Shown: positions 23,329 through 36,902, numbered from the stretch's first letter. The stretch: 64,000 nt of DNA from Tubulanus polymorphus (GCF_964204645.1 NC_134029.1:16672950-16736949); one strand, 5' to 3'. Made by a program: numbers and translations. The notes: a model not told the origin generated them from the letters alone.

Positions 23329-23642
23329 GTAAACATTCGCTGATAAATGAAAACACAAACAAACTTATGCCAATTCATAATTTATTTCTGAATGCAAATT
23401 CCTTACTGAACAAATTGATGCATAACATTCGCAGATCAACTGAACATAAACAAAATTACGGACCAAAACGTCGCGGCTCAAGTCCATTATAGCATTAAAT
23501 AGTTCCAGCAGAGACTTATCACATTGGACTGGTATTTGGAATTAATCCGCCAACATTGGACTGATTGAATCTTACGACATTACACCATAGGACGTGCGGC
23601 TCAACTCCAGAACAGGTAAAAGTAGAGATCCATCAATCCTAA

Positions 23643-24228
23643 ATGTCGGCCGATTCTACTCGTCGACAATGTCTACAACCCCGATTGTCGTCCGATTCTA
23701 CTCGTCGACAATGTCTACAACACCGATTGTCGTCCGATTCTACTTGTCGACAATGTCTACAACCCCAATTGTCGTCCGATTCTACTCGTCGACAATGTCT
23801 ACAACCCCGATTGTCGTCCGATTCTACTCATCGACAATGTCTACAACCCCGATTGTCGACCGATTCTACTCGTCGACAATGTCTGCAATCCTGATTGTCG
23901 TCCGATTCTTCTCGTCGACAATGTCTACAACACCGATTGTTGTCCGATTCTACTCGTCGACAATGTCTACAACCCCGATTGTCGTCCGATTCTACTCATC
24001 GACAATGTCTACAACCCCGATTGTCGACCGATTCTACTCGTCGACAATGTCTGCAATCCTGATTGTCGTCCGATTCTACTCGTCGACAATGTCTACAACA
24101 CCGATTGTTGTCCGATTCTACTCATCGACAATGTCTACAACCCCGATTGTCGACTGATTCTACTCGTCGACAATGTCTACAACCCCGATTGTCGACCGAT
24201 TTTACTCGTCGACGATGTCTACAATCAT
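23643..24228 (+). repeat. 42-bp minisatellite (~14 units)
   Basis: Unit CGATTCTACTCGTCGACAATGTCTACAACCCCGATTGTCG(T/A)C, period 42. Confidence 0.95.
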
Positions 24229-24268
24229 GTTTATACAATCTTATATAGCAGTGTTTCATCTAGCATTA

Positions 24269-25505
24269 AACTAGGGGTCCAGGGACACCATGCCCACTTG
24301 GGAAGTGGTTTCAAATGCTCAACAATCTAACAATTTCAATATTCAAAGCCCCCAGGTGACCATTTACAAAAACCAATGACCTTAAAACTCACCACAATCA
24401 TAGAACATGTCAGCAGCTACGATTTTGTAATCGATTGTGATAACAAAATATGCCTCGTTACCAATTTAATATGGAAATACTAAGTCATTCTACTATTCAA
24501 CGCCCCTGGTGACCATATTCAAAACCCAATGACCTCGAAACTCACCACAATCATAGAACATGTCATGAACTACAACTTTGCAATTGATCATGGTAACAAA
24601 ATATGCCTAGGTACCAATATAATAAGGAAATACTAAGTTATTCTACTATTCAACGCCCCCTGGTGACCATATAGAAAAACTTATGTCCTTAAAACTCGCA
24701 ACAATCATAGATGATGTCATGAGCTACAACTTTCCAATTGATTGTGGTTACAAAATATTCATAGGTACGAATATAATAAAGAAATGCTAAGATATTGTAT
24801 TATTCAACGCCCCCTGGTGGCCATATACGAATTCCAATTACCTTGAAACTCACCACAATCATGGAACACGATATGAGCTACAACTTTCTAATTGATTCTG
24901 GTAGCAAAATACGCTTAGGTATCAATATAATGTGGAAAAACTTTTTCCCACTTACGAATGAGTACTGGTGACACCAAGATGGCCACCAATTGCGTCATAA
25001 TTGGCTGATGAAAAATACCTGTCTCAGGTATAAAATATCCCTTTCCAAAGAACACCCATCACAAATTGTAATGAGAAATGGCAAACCAGTAGGAAGCTAC
25101 AGGACTCAGAATTCGGGCCAAAATTAACATTTTTGGGCACTAAAAAGGTCATAGGACAGCCATCTTGAGTCCGACCGACCCAATTTTTGTTATGTTGATG
25201 GGCCCTGGGGGGATTCACATATATCCGAAAGATCAAGGTAATTGATCAAAGCGTCTTCAAAATTTCCCTCAAAAAGTTCGAAAATGTGTAAAAAGTGCTG
25301 ATTTTGGCGAACAACAATGGCTGCCGGTCGGCCATCTTGATTCTGACAGGGCCAGTTTTTGGGCTGAAGATGTGTCTAGGGTAGATACATGTGTAACCCA
25401 AATATCAAGACGTTACCTTGAAGCATCTTCAAAACTTCCCAAAATAACTGGATTCCGTCTACGGACGGACGAACGGACGACGGACGAAAAGTGAACGCAA
25501 TAGCC
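24269..25505 (+). mobile_element. HINE/pearl-like element
   Basis: AACTAGGGGTCC start, ~153-bp tandem repeats, unique block, (GGAC)n microsatellite and AAAAGTGAACGCAATAGCC end. Confidence 0.75.
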
Positions 25506-26464
25506 TGCAATGTGCAATGTTTCCTAATGCATAGAATCGAGGTAGCCCCTACTACGATTGAGGACTAGAAACTATGTTTAAATCTGATTATGCAATGAGT
25601 GACAAACTTTACCACAGTACATCCTTACACCTATGCCTGTCAATCAACAAAAGTAAATCTAGATAGGGCTTTCAAAATGAATTGGAAAACCAGTTGCAGA
25701 CGAAAAAAATTGTAGAAAAAAGCAATCTCAAGTAGCAAACACAGCGTAAAAGAGCCAGCAATAGTGTATAGGCCTACATGAAATTGCATATTTTTAATCT
25801 TAGAAATATCAAATTAATTGATTTAAATTGATAGTGTTAGTGATTGGCAAGTAACTGTTGATAATTGGTAAGCAGTCAGCTTAAGAACACATTATTGCTA
25901 TTAGGCTACTCAAACTAATTGTCTGTGCGAGTCTCTCTGTGAGTTCACCGAACAAAGTTTTTCACCTTGTATATAAAAAATTTGTCTAATAGTCTAGATA
26001 AAAAGATCCAGAGCATCACGATGTGTTCAAAACGAAACAATCCATCGAATATACACTACCAGCTTTACAACGGCAGTCGCTAGAATGATTGGCAGTAGTT
26101 TGGAAGCCAGCCAATTTCCTGGAAACTTAAACTAGGCCACACGTCTGAGGCACGTTTTCACATGATGCACACTGACTGCAGAACATTTGAATATAACCAC
26201 TGATCACATGAGCTACTATCGTTGATATCATACGAGATATTTCATAGCCGTCGCAGGAAACTTACTAACAGTCGGATGCGTCGGCTTATTTTGAAAGCCC
26301 TGACTCATTACTCGTGACTGACAAGGGCAGGATGGCGGACCTACAGCAAGTGATGATGGCACAAGGGCAATCATAGGACATATCTGAAGGGCACAAGGGC
26401 GGCAATTTTCGGGGGCGGGGCGGACCGCCCTTCTATTTTTGGCTAGATGAAGCACTGTTTAGGC

Positions 26465-26950
26465 TAGAGTGGCTGCGTGTGTGCGTGGATTACGCTTATA
26501 TAGAGTGGCTGGGATCGAGGGGCCGCGTGTGTGAGTGGATCACCCTTATATAGAGTGGCTGGGATCTAGGGGCTGCGTGTGTGCGTGGATCACCCTTATA
26601 TAAAGTGGCTGGGAGCGAGGGGTGGTGTGTGCGTGGATTACCCTTATATAGAGTGGCTGCTATCGGGGGGCTGCGTGTGTGCGTGGATTACCCTTATAAT
26701 GAGTGGCTGGGATCGAGGGGCTGCGTGTGTGCGTGGTTTACCCTTATATAGAGTGGCTGGGATCGAGGGGCCACGTGTGTGCGTGGATTGTGTGCGTGGA
26801 TTACCCTTATATAAAGTGGCTGGGATCGAGGGGCCGCGTGTGTGCGTGGATTACCCTTATATAGAGTGGCCGGGATCGAGGGGCTGCATGAGTGCGTGGA
26901 TTACCCTTATATAAAGTTATATAAAGTGGCTGGGATCGAGGAGCTGCGTG
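26465..26950 (+). repeat. 50-bp minisatellite
   Basis: Unit GTGTGTGCGTGGATTACCCTTATATAGAGTGGCTGGGATCGAGGGGCCGC, about 9 units. Confidence 0.93.
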
Positions 26951-26968
26951 CTTCCATCAGTTGATTTT

Positions 26969-27430
26969 CACAATCAGGATTGTAGACATTGTCGACGAGT
27001 AGAATCGGTCGACAATCGGAGTTGTAGACATTGTCGACGAGTAGAATTGGTCGACAATCGGGGTTGTAGACATTGTCGACGAGTAGAATCGGTCGACAAT
27101 CGGGTTGTAGACATTGTCGACGAGTAGAATCGGTCGACAATCGGGGTTGTAGACATTGTCGACGAGTAGAATCGGTCGACAATCAGGATTGTAGACATTG
27201 TCGACGAGTAGAATCGGTCGACAATCGGGGTTGTAGACATTGTCGACGAGTAGAATCGGTCGACAATCGGGGTTGTAGACATTGTCGACGAGTAGAATCG
27301 GTCGACAATCGGGGTTGTAGACATTGTCGACGAGTAGAATCGGTCGACAATCGGGGTTGTAGACATTGTCGACGAGTAGAATCGGTCGACAATCGGGGTT
27401 GTAGACATTGTCGACGAGTGAAATCGGTCG
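26969..27430 (-). repeat. 42-bp minisatellite, inverted relative to 23643-24228
   Basis: Unit GACAATCGGGGTTGTAGACATTGTCGACGAGTAGAATCGGTC is the reverse complement of the upstream array's unit. Confidence 0.95.
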
Positions 27431-27642
27431 CAGCCAAATTACTCCTTTTCTATAAATGTATCTTTGAGCGGCGAACTATTCCACGCTATACTGGACTTGA
27501 ACCAACGTCGCACGGAGAGCAGGTGTGACAGACAGTAGGCCTTATCACATAAGAATCCCCTAATCGGGTAAAAGAGCAGATCCGCACCTAGTCTCATGAT
27601 CGATGCAATCTACTGAAAGACAGAATCCAGGCTAAAATCTTT

Positions 27643-28190
27643 CTAATGTCTATTTATTAATTGATGAGACCTGTTTTTCTGGGATATTTTGCTTACTTTT
27701 TGGGGTACATACCTCATTTATGTCTTAACAGAATGCCAAAAATCGCGGACAACAACTGAATATCCGATATATTTCCAGTTCTGTACCAATTAGATGGATT
27801 GGCAAAAAGACTCCTTAAGTCCAGTTGAATGAGAGAGAAAATCCTCCATTTTGTCAAATTTCTTGGATTTGAACATTGTTACCATGCCTACGCCACCCTG
27901 ATTTAGTTGTTGAGACCCCACAAGAAAAATAACTTCATTTCGTAGGCATGGTGACAATGTAAAAATTCAAGAAATTTCACAAAATGGAGGATTTTCTCTC
28001 TCATTCAATTGGACTTAAGGAGTCTTTTTGCCAATCCATCTAATTGGTACAGAACTGGAATAATATCGGATATTCAGTTGTTGTCCGCGATTTTTGGCAT
28101 TCTGTTAAGACATAAATGAGGTATGTATCCTAAAAAGTAAGCAAAATATCCCAGAAAAACAGGTCTCATCCATTAATAAATAGACATTAG
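27643..28190. mobile_element. 548-bp near-perfect palindromic (foldback) MITE
   Basis: ~250-bp inverted arms, CTAATGTCTATTTATTAAT...ATTAATAAATAGACATTAG, around a ~48-bp spacer. A same-length copy lies at 61305-61852. Confidence 0.88.
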
Positions 28191-28586
28191 TGAAGATTTA
28201 AAATTAACCAATAGCAATGTACTGAACTGAATTGCGGAGCCGGATGACATTTTAAATCTGACTGAAACAATGTCAAATGATATTAAAATGTAGGTAGGCC
28301 TAATTGATTGAACCGTTACACTTTCACCCCTAATTCAATTGTAATTGATTGAATAACTTACGATACGGTTGAGACTGTTCCGTTCGTAAAGACAAGCGAC
28401 GCTTTAAAAATCAACAAACAAGTTCGAACGAATCCGCCGGTTTTAAACTACTTACAATACTGACGGAATACCGAACGGACTACAGTGACAACGAAACGGA
28501 CTACAGTGACTACGAGATGAACACTTCACCGAAGCTCAAGGTCGTTGCACTAGGAATCTAGTGCCAATAAAGAGCAGCCAATAAAG

Positions 28587-28694
28587 ATGCCGAAATATTT
28601 CGATGAAGATGACACGCAAAAATCTAAATTTGCTTGTTCTGGCTTGAGAGAAGATCTTCTCGAATGCCTCCTTAAATCAAACTGTGTGAGAAAG
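28587..28694 (+). CDS. COA5: Cytochrome c oxidase assembly factor 5, exon 1
   Basis: MPKYFDEDDTQKSKFACSGLREDLLECLLKSNCVRK, then a GT donor. Matches the COA5/PET191 N-terminus (MPKYY...ACAGLKEDLGACLLQSDCV). Confidence 0.92.
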
Positions 28695-28966
28695 GTAAAA
28701 CTGTTGGCAAACGACTAATTTTTTCATTTTTTAGGCACAGGCAGGGCTTGTAAACTGGCTTCGATTTTATTTCATTCCCGCGGCCAGTCAGGAACACTTT
28801 CCAAAAACGGCTTATTCTGCCAATTTCGGCGTTTTCCGCCAATAACGGCGGAATCAGCCATTTATGGATTACTCAGTTTTAAACTGCTTCTGCCAATTTA
28901 GCCGAAATCGGCGTTTTCTGCCATTTTTGGCTTGTTCTTAAAAAACGCCATTTCCGCTGTTTTCAG

Positions 28967-30260
28967 CACAGGGACTTGTCACGACTGATAATGGATGAGA
29001 CCAATGATGGGGGTACCAGTATCCCTGCAACTGTATAATAAAATAACAAGGGTGGCAACAAATTTTCAATCTGACAATGACTTCTCCACTTCAATCGACT
29101 GTAATTCCAAAAATTCTCAACCGATTCACATGAAATAAGCTTTAATACAACCTAGAAGACTTTCTGCTTCGAACGAGCCTACAACCACCACTCTCCGACA
29201 ATTATCTCACAACGAAATCACCTTTTTTTGACGAGAGATAGCTCAAAATGGAGGTGTACCGATTCTATGGTGGACAGCAAAATGGTCGTTTTTTTCAATT
29301 CAAACGATGATTTCTATGTGAGATCTTAGAGAAAACCCCAACAAACCATACATTTTTTAAAACTACGCGGTCATACCTGTACGCTTATCTCATTTATTTG
29401 TATAATCCACGCGATGGGTGAGCTCACAAGCTCAAAATCGAAAATGAGGACGAACACGGCGTTCAACTTGTCATCAACTGGGCGGCCATTAATCACGTGA
29501 TATCGTAGTAACGGGCTAAATATTTCACGCGCATTGATTGGCTTAGAGATTTCGAAAAACATTACAAAATTTATTAAAAGTTCTGTTAATTAATAAAATA
29601 TCCGTATTATGAAAATATAGTGCAACATTCGTCTGAGGGGTGGTATTATTAACAAATATTTCCTTTTTTCAAGTCTACAGACGTAGACTTGTCGCGGTTC
29701 TATTAACATAGCCCGAACCTGCACGTCACGTGATTAATGGCCGCCAGCGCGATAGTGCGAGGTGACTTTTTCGTATATTTGTTCGATTTTGAGCTTGCGA
29801 GCTCACCCATCGCGTGGATTATACAAATAAATGAGATAAGCGTACACGTATGACCGCGTAGTTTTAAAAAATGTATGGTTTGTTGGGGTTATCTCTAAGA
29901 TTTCACATAGAAATCATCGTTTGAAGTGAAAAATACGACCATTTTGCTGTCCACCATAGAATCGGTACACCTCCAATTTGAGCTATCTCTCGTCAAAAAA
30001 CGGTGATTTCGTTGTGAGATAATTGTCCTAGAGTGGTGGTTAAAGGCTCGTTGGAAGCAGAAAGTTTTCTAGGTTGTATTAAAGCTTATTTCATGTGAAT
30101 CGGTTGAGAATTTTTGGAATTACAGTCGATTGAAGTGGAGAAGTCATTGTCAGATTGAAAATTTGTTGCCACCCTTGTTTTTTATATTATACAGGGATAG
30201 TGGACCTGGTCATTGATATTGGTTTTATTCATTCACTATCAATTGTGACAAGTCCCTGTG
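28967..30260. mobile_element. Long-TIR foldback element with 8-bp TSD (P/Galileo- or hAT-type) in COA5 intron 1
   Basis: Termini CACAGGGACTTGTCAC / GTGACAAGTCCCTGTG, inverted arms of ~480 bp, and a perfect direct repeat GTTTTCAG at 28959-28966 and 30261-30268. Confidence 0.85.
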
Positions 30261-30833
30261 GTTTTCAGCTGTTACAGTTTTTAAAACTACATCGCCAGAA
30301 ACGGCGTTTTAGCTTAGATAGTTTTACAGGTGCTATTTATAGTGCTTAGTTCGATGGGAGTCCTTATTATGACATCATCGCTTTTCTGCTGGCATACATT
30401 TGTATATGAATCTCATTGATCCATTCCAGGCTTCAAGAAAGAATTAAATATAAATGTACGGGTTTCCGATGGCAAATGTATTTGAATTCTGTTCTTTCTT
30501 TATGCATCAGCCTGGAAGTTAAAATGACCATGATATTTTTAAACAAACTGTGCTTTCGACCAGTAATTCTGAAGCGAACTAATCAATGGTGTAGTGCGTA
30601 TTAATGATATGATATGTGATTGCCGCACGCACGCTTAATTCTCCAAGACTTGAACAAGGTGCAGTGCTGGACCAACACGTTTGTTGTTCCAAATTTGGTC
30701 TTGTTGCTCAGGGGATTTTTTAGTCATTTTCCCAATGTTGTTCATTGTACAACTATTCAACAACCCAATTTAGATGTAACGGTCATTCATAAATTCATTG
30801 AATTTATGTTATTCATTTGACTTTCAATTGTAG

Positions 30834-30941
30834 GATAAGAAAACTCCGTTAGCATGTTTAAAATTAAGCCAGGATGCAGTAAGTTATCCAAGTGAGTGCC
30901 ACAAACTTAGAGTCGCTTTCTTCGAATGCAAAAGATCTTTG
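30834..30941 (+). CDS. COA5: COA5 exon 2
   Basis: AG acceptor, DKKTPLACLKLSQDAVSYPSECHKLRVAFFECKRSL, GT donor. The FFECKRS motif is conserved in COA5. Confidence 0.92.
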
Positions 30942-31389
30942 GTAAATATGACTCCTTCGAAGCCATGCAAAGAAATAGCCTTGTTTCTCATCTCAGCAAA
31001 ATCTGATACACCACCTCCGATGTATCAATCTTGAAAAAAATTCAAATACACCCTAGGGCAACGAATAGTTCAACATCATGACTATAGTGAACTGATATTA
31101 ATCTCAGCACAGAGTTAACAAATACAAACCAACGGCAGATATATAGAAAGGTTTATTATCTGACAGTATATCTATTGTGGGTTTTTAGCCCACTTGGGAC
31201 TTAAGTTCAATTCCAAAAAACTACAATTCACGACAAACAACGTGTAAATTTAATTACTGTTGTGGTGTTCAGCGCATGGAAAAGCTGCGCATTACAAAGT
31301 CAATCTATCTCTGCCGGGTGCGTAAGGGGCAGGACCACCTTGTGAGTGTGCAGGAGGCAGACAGGGCATCTTAAAGTGAAAACTTATCT

Positions 31390-32060
31390 TAGAATATAGC
31401 CGAACCGATGGAATTTTACAATAAATTGTCAGTCAACTGATTGATGATACAACATGGTTCTTGGTGTACTAAACAATGATATTTTCTTCCAATAAATAAC
31501 AATATCTTTATTGGTGATATCGTATCATGGTTGGGCGGTAAATTGCGCGATCAAATAACTTACCTATCCGGGTTTCAGTCATGAGTAGGCCACTGCTCTA
31601 GAAATATGTATTCTGCCGCTGAGAATTAATCCCAATTAATCTGCTTCTGATAGGAGGAATAACAGTCATATTTAAACACTATGATATTTATACACCGGGG
31701 TACATAAATATATGTTTTTCTATTCAAAAGGGGCCGTTCCCCATTCTTTACTGCCAATTTCAATGCGGGCATATCACTACGCAATTGCTTCTACCACATA
31801 CGGTAACTAATGAGAAAAATGTGATAGGATAACTTTTTAGACCATTTAATCAGAAATGTGGTGCGCTGTGTTGTAGGGATTGAGACATTATTTTGAGTCA
31901 TTTTCAGCTGTTTCTAATGTTTTACGAGAACGAAGTTACAATTTGAAGTTACTATGAAAATGAAAAGAGTTGGCGGTTTTTTTTTTTTTTTACTACGACT
32001 TTCCATCCATTTTACTAGCATTGGCATGATGTCATAGATGTCAACCAATGCTAAAAATTC
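31390..32060 (+). repeat. Interspersed repeat, second copy at ~40880-41540
   Basis: Shared blocks such as GCTGAGAATTAATCCCAATTAATC, CATTATTTTGAGTCATTTTCAG and GTTACAATTTGAAGTTACTATGAAAATGA. Confidence 0.7.
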
Positions 32061-33077
32061 TATTCCTCATCTATATACCAGTACCTTCATTGTCTAATTC
32101 CAAAATATGGCCAGGTCTAGGGTGGACAATATCTCCACCAAAGGAAGAGCTAGACCATGAAAAGATTTGTGAATAAGAAAATTATATATTCGCTAGTATT
32201 CTTTCTGTCCTTACACGATGCCAAATGGCATTTACGTTGTGTAGAAATGTGTTAGATTGATGGGGATGATGATCAATCTGCTGCATCGAACCACCATTAC
32301 TAGGCTATGTCGAAGACCAACTTTTAGGTGTGGTATTTGTGCTCTTTCCCAACCAGTTACTATATCATCATACAGTGTTTTGCTTAGAAAATACAGTCAA
32401 CCCCACGTAAGTCAGCATCGAATAAGTTGTATCATCACATCTCTCGTATAATTATTTTGGCCCGATTTTTTTTCTTTAATCTTTATGAAATTATGCTTAT
32501 AACTCATACTACAAGTCGTATTTTCACTAAAGTTGTAAAAATTTAGAAACCAAATCTTCTGATTCCATTCAAAATACCTTGCGTAAGTTGTAGCCCAATA
32601 TGCCAGCAGCAGATGAAAATACGCTACAATATTGTCTGTGTAAGTGTTTAGACAGTTCCTATGTAACTTTCTTGTGACGTTTGCCTGGTGCACGTGGCAG
32701 CTTTAATTGATTGGAGCATGGACGTATAAGCTAGTTTATACATCCATGATTGGAGGGTGGATTTCAGCGATATAGGATCTGAACTGACAGCTAAGGATAT
32801 GACCGGAAACATTACCAACCATGCTGGAATCTGAGCATTGTATAGATCGTATTTTCACGGGTTTTAGTTATTCGAGTAATTTGTATAAAACCATGACTTA
32901 AAGATAACTCATAAAAATACGACTTACACGTGACTCGGACATCACCTAAGTTGAAAGAAATCGTCAGTCCCAAGGGCTATGACTTATGCGGGGTTGACTG
33001 TAGTATTACAAAAAAACTGTTATGTTAATGATATCTTAGCTTACTATGACGCAGATGATTTCTTTTTGAATGATTTT

Positions 33078-33750
33078 TAGGCCAGCTGTAGGTTATTACT
33101 ATACGAATGGAGCGAATTTAAATGACATGGTTTCCGGAGTAAAGGCTCTTTGACTGTGCAACTGAGCATATATTCATGCAAATCATTCATTAAAGCATTA
33201 TCCATTCTCCAACCTCTATATAGCTGAATTTTGAAAAAGGGCCTCGTTAAAATTTATATGAGCTTTTTCACGAAAAAACTGATTGCAATCAGAAAGCAAA
33301 GACTCCTCTATGATTGGTTTAGCCGCAGAGATCAGCAGGTGTTCACGTGAACCCGCGGTATCATCTACCGTTTTACTTACGGGTTTTATTTTAAGATCTA
33401 AAATTGTATTTCAATATCGATTTCTGTGAAATCTTTAGTAGATTTGGTTTTTGGGAGGAATATTTTTATTAGCACTGCAGAAAATATCATTGACAATTGT
33501 GCAAAGTCCGAGAAAAATAGCTTTTTCTCAATTGGATGGATGACCTTGATATGCTAATTAGCCGTGCTCAAACTGCAAATTCAATCAAATTTTATTCTAC
33601 AAAAAATATCAAATCCAATTCAATTTTACTTATTGAACAAGGTAAAACGGCATATCTAATTCAATTTTATTTTATTGAGCAAATTTCAGAAAATTCAATT
33701 CTATTCCGCATTCAAATCAATAAGACCAAGGGAAAAGATTTATCTGAGGT
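33078..33750 (+). repeat. Interspersed repeat, inverted copy at ~44805-45508
   Basis: Long reverse-complement match, e.g. AATGGAGCGAATTTAAATGACATGGTTTCC vs GGAAACCATGTCATTTAAATTCGCTCCATT. Confidence 0.8.
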
Positions 33751-35839
33751 ATTTGTTCCTGCCAGCTCCAGTCGCTGTCTGTGCTACTTATGAAAACACG
33801 ATTGAATTGTGTAAATCATTAGCCTGGGACCTTATTCACTAACGTTACGCAAGTCTGCGTGGATATTTTGCGTTGCGGGATGATTTGCTACGAAAATCAG
33901 TTTGCGGTGCGTGGTTTTCACTTACCTCCTCACAAAAAGTGATTCGCAATTTTTCACGCAACGGGAACCAGTCCAATTGTAAAACCTCATTGCAGATTGA
34001 TATATTGGGTCAATATCTTATTTTACCACCTCCATAGCTGGATTCTTGAGGTGACCTCATTGAAAACAATTTGTATTTGATTTGATTTATCATCAAAGGA
34101 ACAAGCATCATAGGGCAAATATATTGGTGAATAAAGTCTTAACTAACAATGAATCCCAGTTGGGCCCTGGAAAAAGTTAGTAGGGTACTGGTCTATAAAA
34201 CCATACCTTGAAAAATATCAATCGTTTACGTAATTCAACTTTAAAAAGCCACAAAAGTATTACTTGCGTGGAAAATAAGAGATTAGGGGTGCCCCTTAGT
34301 TCACGCAGATTTGTGGGGAAAATTGATGAATTTGCGAGGAAAATATTTGCGTGGATTTTAGTGAATACGGAGATTTTTTCAAATTTGGAGTTACGGGAGG
34401 ATTTGCGATGAACATTGCAATGGTTGGAGTCAGTGAATAAGGTCCCTGGGATTGACAAGTCTATGAGCTGGGAGTGTATTTGGACAATTTAAACCACAGA
34501 ATGCATCATTTGCCATTTTATGAAAAGCTGAAAGGCTGGCCATAGTGCCCCTTGTGGCTCTTTTTTTCACATTAATCACCAGCTTTATGTTAGAGAATAA
34601 GCTGTAATGCAGACAGTAGCAGTTGTTCATAAAAAATTCAAAAATTTATAATCATTCCTGCAACATTGGGATGGATTTTCTGTAACAAATTTTTTTTTTT
34701 CATTTTGCAAGTAACTTTTATCAACATTTCAACTAAAATAGTCCTGTAATAGTCCATGTAAACATCTGAGTTGCATCATGATCATTTCTAATCACCAATG
34801 CCAATCGCAATGAAAACAGGGCTCGGTTGCACAGTCCATATGATAATAGACTTACGTCATGCCGGAAATGAGAAGACAGACCCAGAAAGTAGTGCACTGA
34901 TAACTTTCATCATTTGGTATCCAATGGTTAAAACCTGACCAGGAATGTTTTGCTTTTATTCCTAGCCATTATAACTGCTTATGACCTATTGTTTCTTTGG
35001 ACTGGGCCAAAGCTGTGTAGTGCTTTCTGTTAAACAGAAATCCAACTTAATCATTGAACCGGCTTTACTGCACAGTCTAGCAAAAAATTCACAATTACAC
35101 TGACTCAAAAGCATGCCTCTCACTTTTCGTTCCGTCTGTTAATAGAAAACAAAGGCTGGAATAAGTGCATGTTTAATCCTCTGATAGTTTTGTTTTTTTA
35201 TGTTTTGTGTGTCCGTTCATTGTGTGTAGTCATTGTGTGATATAAAGTAACCGCTGATGAATTTCTAGGTGTCCAGATTTTTTTCATGAACACGAATCAG
35301 TTTTTCAGCTCAACGATTCTAGTTCCACTGTCGAAACTATTCGAAGATATCAATCTTAAGTGTCATTTCTTAAGTGTCATCGCGTGTCAACTTATTGTCT
35401 TGATATTTGTTACAGTCATAGGATTCATCTCACGTGGAATTGGGGTTAACCAGTTTTTTTTGTTCGCACCACCAGGGGGAGTTGAATATTGAATTATATA
35501 CAATTTGTATATTTTAGTGGTACCTATGCCGTATTTTGTAACTACAATCATTCGCAAAAGTGTAGCTCACGACATGCTTCATGGTTGTGGTTGATTTCAT
35601 AGTCATTGATTCCTTAATATGTTCACCAAAGAGCATTGAATTTTGAAATTTTCTGATTATTGAGCATTTTAAAGCACTCTCTATGTGGGCATGGTGTCCT
35701 TGGAACCCCTGGAAAACCTGCATGAGAATCAAGGGTATTTCATTTTGTGGCTAAAATCGCCAATTTTAGTGGATTACATGTAGGCCTATGTCCTTCATGG
35801 CAAAAATCTCTTTAAAGGCTTTTTTGTAAACTTTTTCAG

Positions 35840-35881
35840 CTTGACATGAGACAAAGATTCAGAGGTCCGAAAGGTTACTGA
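35840..35881 (+). CDS. COA5: COA5 exon 3 (terminal)
   Basis: TTTTTCAG acceptor, LDMRQRFRGPKGY* (compare LDNRARFRGRKGY). AATAAA at 35975-35980. Confidence 0.92.
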   Translation, partial: LDMRQRFRGPKGY

Positions 35882-36461
35882 TAGGAAACTTTCATGAGGC
35901 AGCAAACTGATAGCCCCAGTTACATTGTAAAACTTGTCCATTTTGTATATACATTTTTAATTAATAGGTAGAATAATAAATGGTTTTAAGTGATTTTGAT
36001 GTTTTATTGACTTCTTTTACATGATATGCTTGATAGATTCTGATGCTGGGTATGATTTAGGAATCAATGAACCCAAATTACTCTCATCATTGCATCATTC
36101 ATATAACTGTTTTATTCTTTAGTCCTGCACACCACCCCCCCCCCCCCTGGTTGGTACCAGTACTGCCTATACTGAATTTTTAATTTGGTAACAGCAGCCC
36201 CCGATATACCGCCCATATTGGTGCAGTACAATTTTGGCGGTAAAGAGAGTATGGCAGTAATTGCTGGTGTTTTACTATGTACTTATATATAGAGAAAACC
36301 TGGCGGTAAATGGGGTTGGCGGTATATGGGAGGGCACATTATCGGGAGTTGACTGTACATACTTGCCTTATACATGTAGAAACTTTAGTTATACATGTAG
36401 AAGTTAACTGCTCCCATCATTAGAAACTGAACATTGTCACTCAAAAATTTTCAAACAAATA

Positions 36462-36902
36462 CAGTCAAAGTTCGTTATACCGCAATACCACAAAATTCAC
36501 CTGTTACCAAGAATTTCATTGTGCACAGTTTATTTGGTATCCATGTGTATGTAAATAGCTCCTGTTATACCACCTCTCACCCTCCGCCATAATGCCAAAA
36601 AAATCCTAGAACAGTCCTATTCAAACTCGTAGAGAAAATAATTGTTATGTCGCCAACAATCTTTCGTCACCGATGTTTCCTGTACTTCTACTGTATCATT
36701 TTTTTCTATTATCTAAATGAAATAAGCTAAGACATTTATGCTTCCTAAATTAGGATTAATTGATGTCAATTCTGGATTCGGTCAAAAGTCATGTCCTGTA
36801 CTATGTCAACACTCATGATCTCCATTTCTTTATACCACCACATTTGTAACACCGCCAAAATTTTCACAGTCCCGGGGCTTGCGTTATAACGAGCCTTGAC
36901 TG
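36462..36902. mobile_element. Tc1/pogo-type MITE related to 3899-4500
   Basis: TA-CAGTCAAAGTTCGTTATACCGC ... GCGTTATAACGAGCCTTGACTG-TA. Confidence 0.7.

Noticed and set aside
23594-27528. Repetitive ORFs (RFYSSTMSTTPIV, STRRQCLQPRL) and CRISPR-like periodicity
   Set aside because: These are translations of a 42-bp minisatellite. Units are contiguous with no unique spacers, there are no cas genes, and the context is eukaryotic.
33001-33009. TAGTATTAC circovirus nonanucleotide
   Set aside because: No flanking stem, it sits at the end of a MITE in a COA5 intron, and it is 27 kb from the capsid-like fragment. Likely chance.
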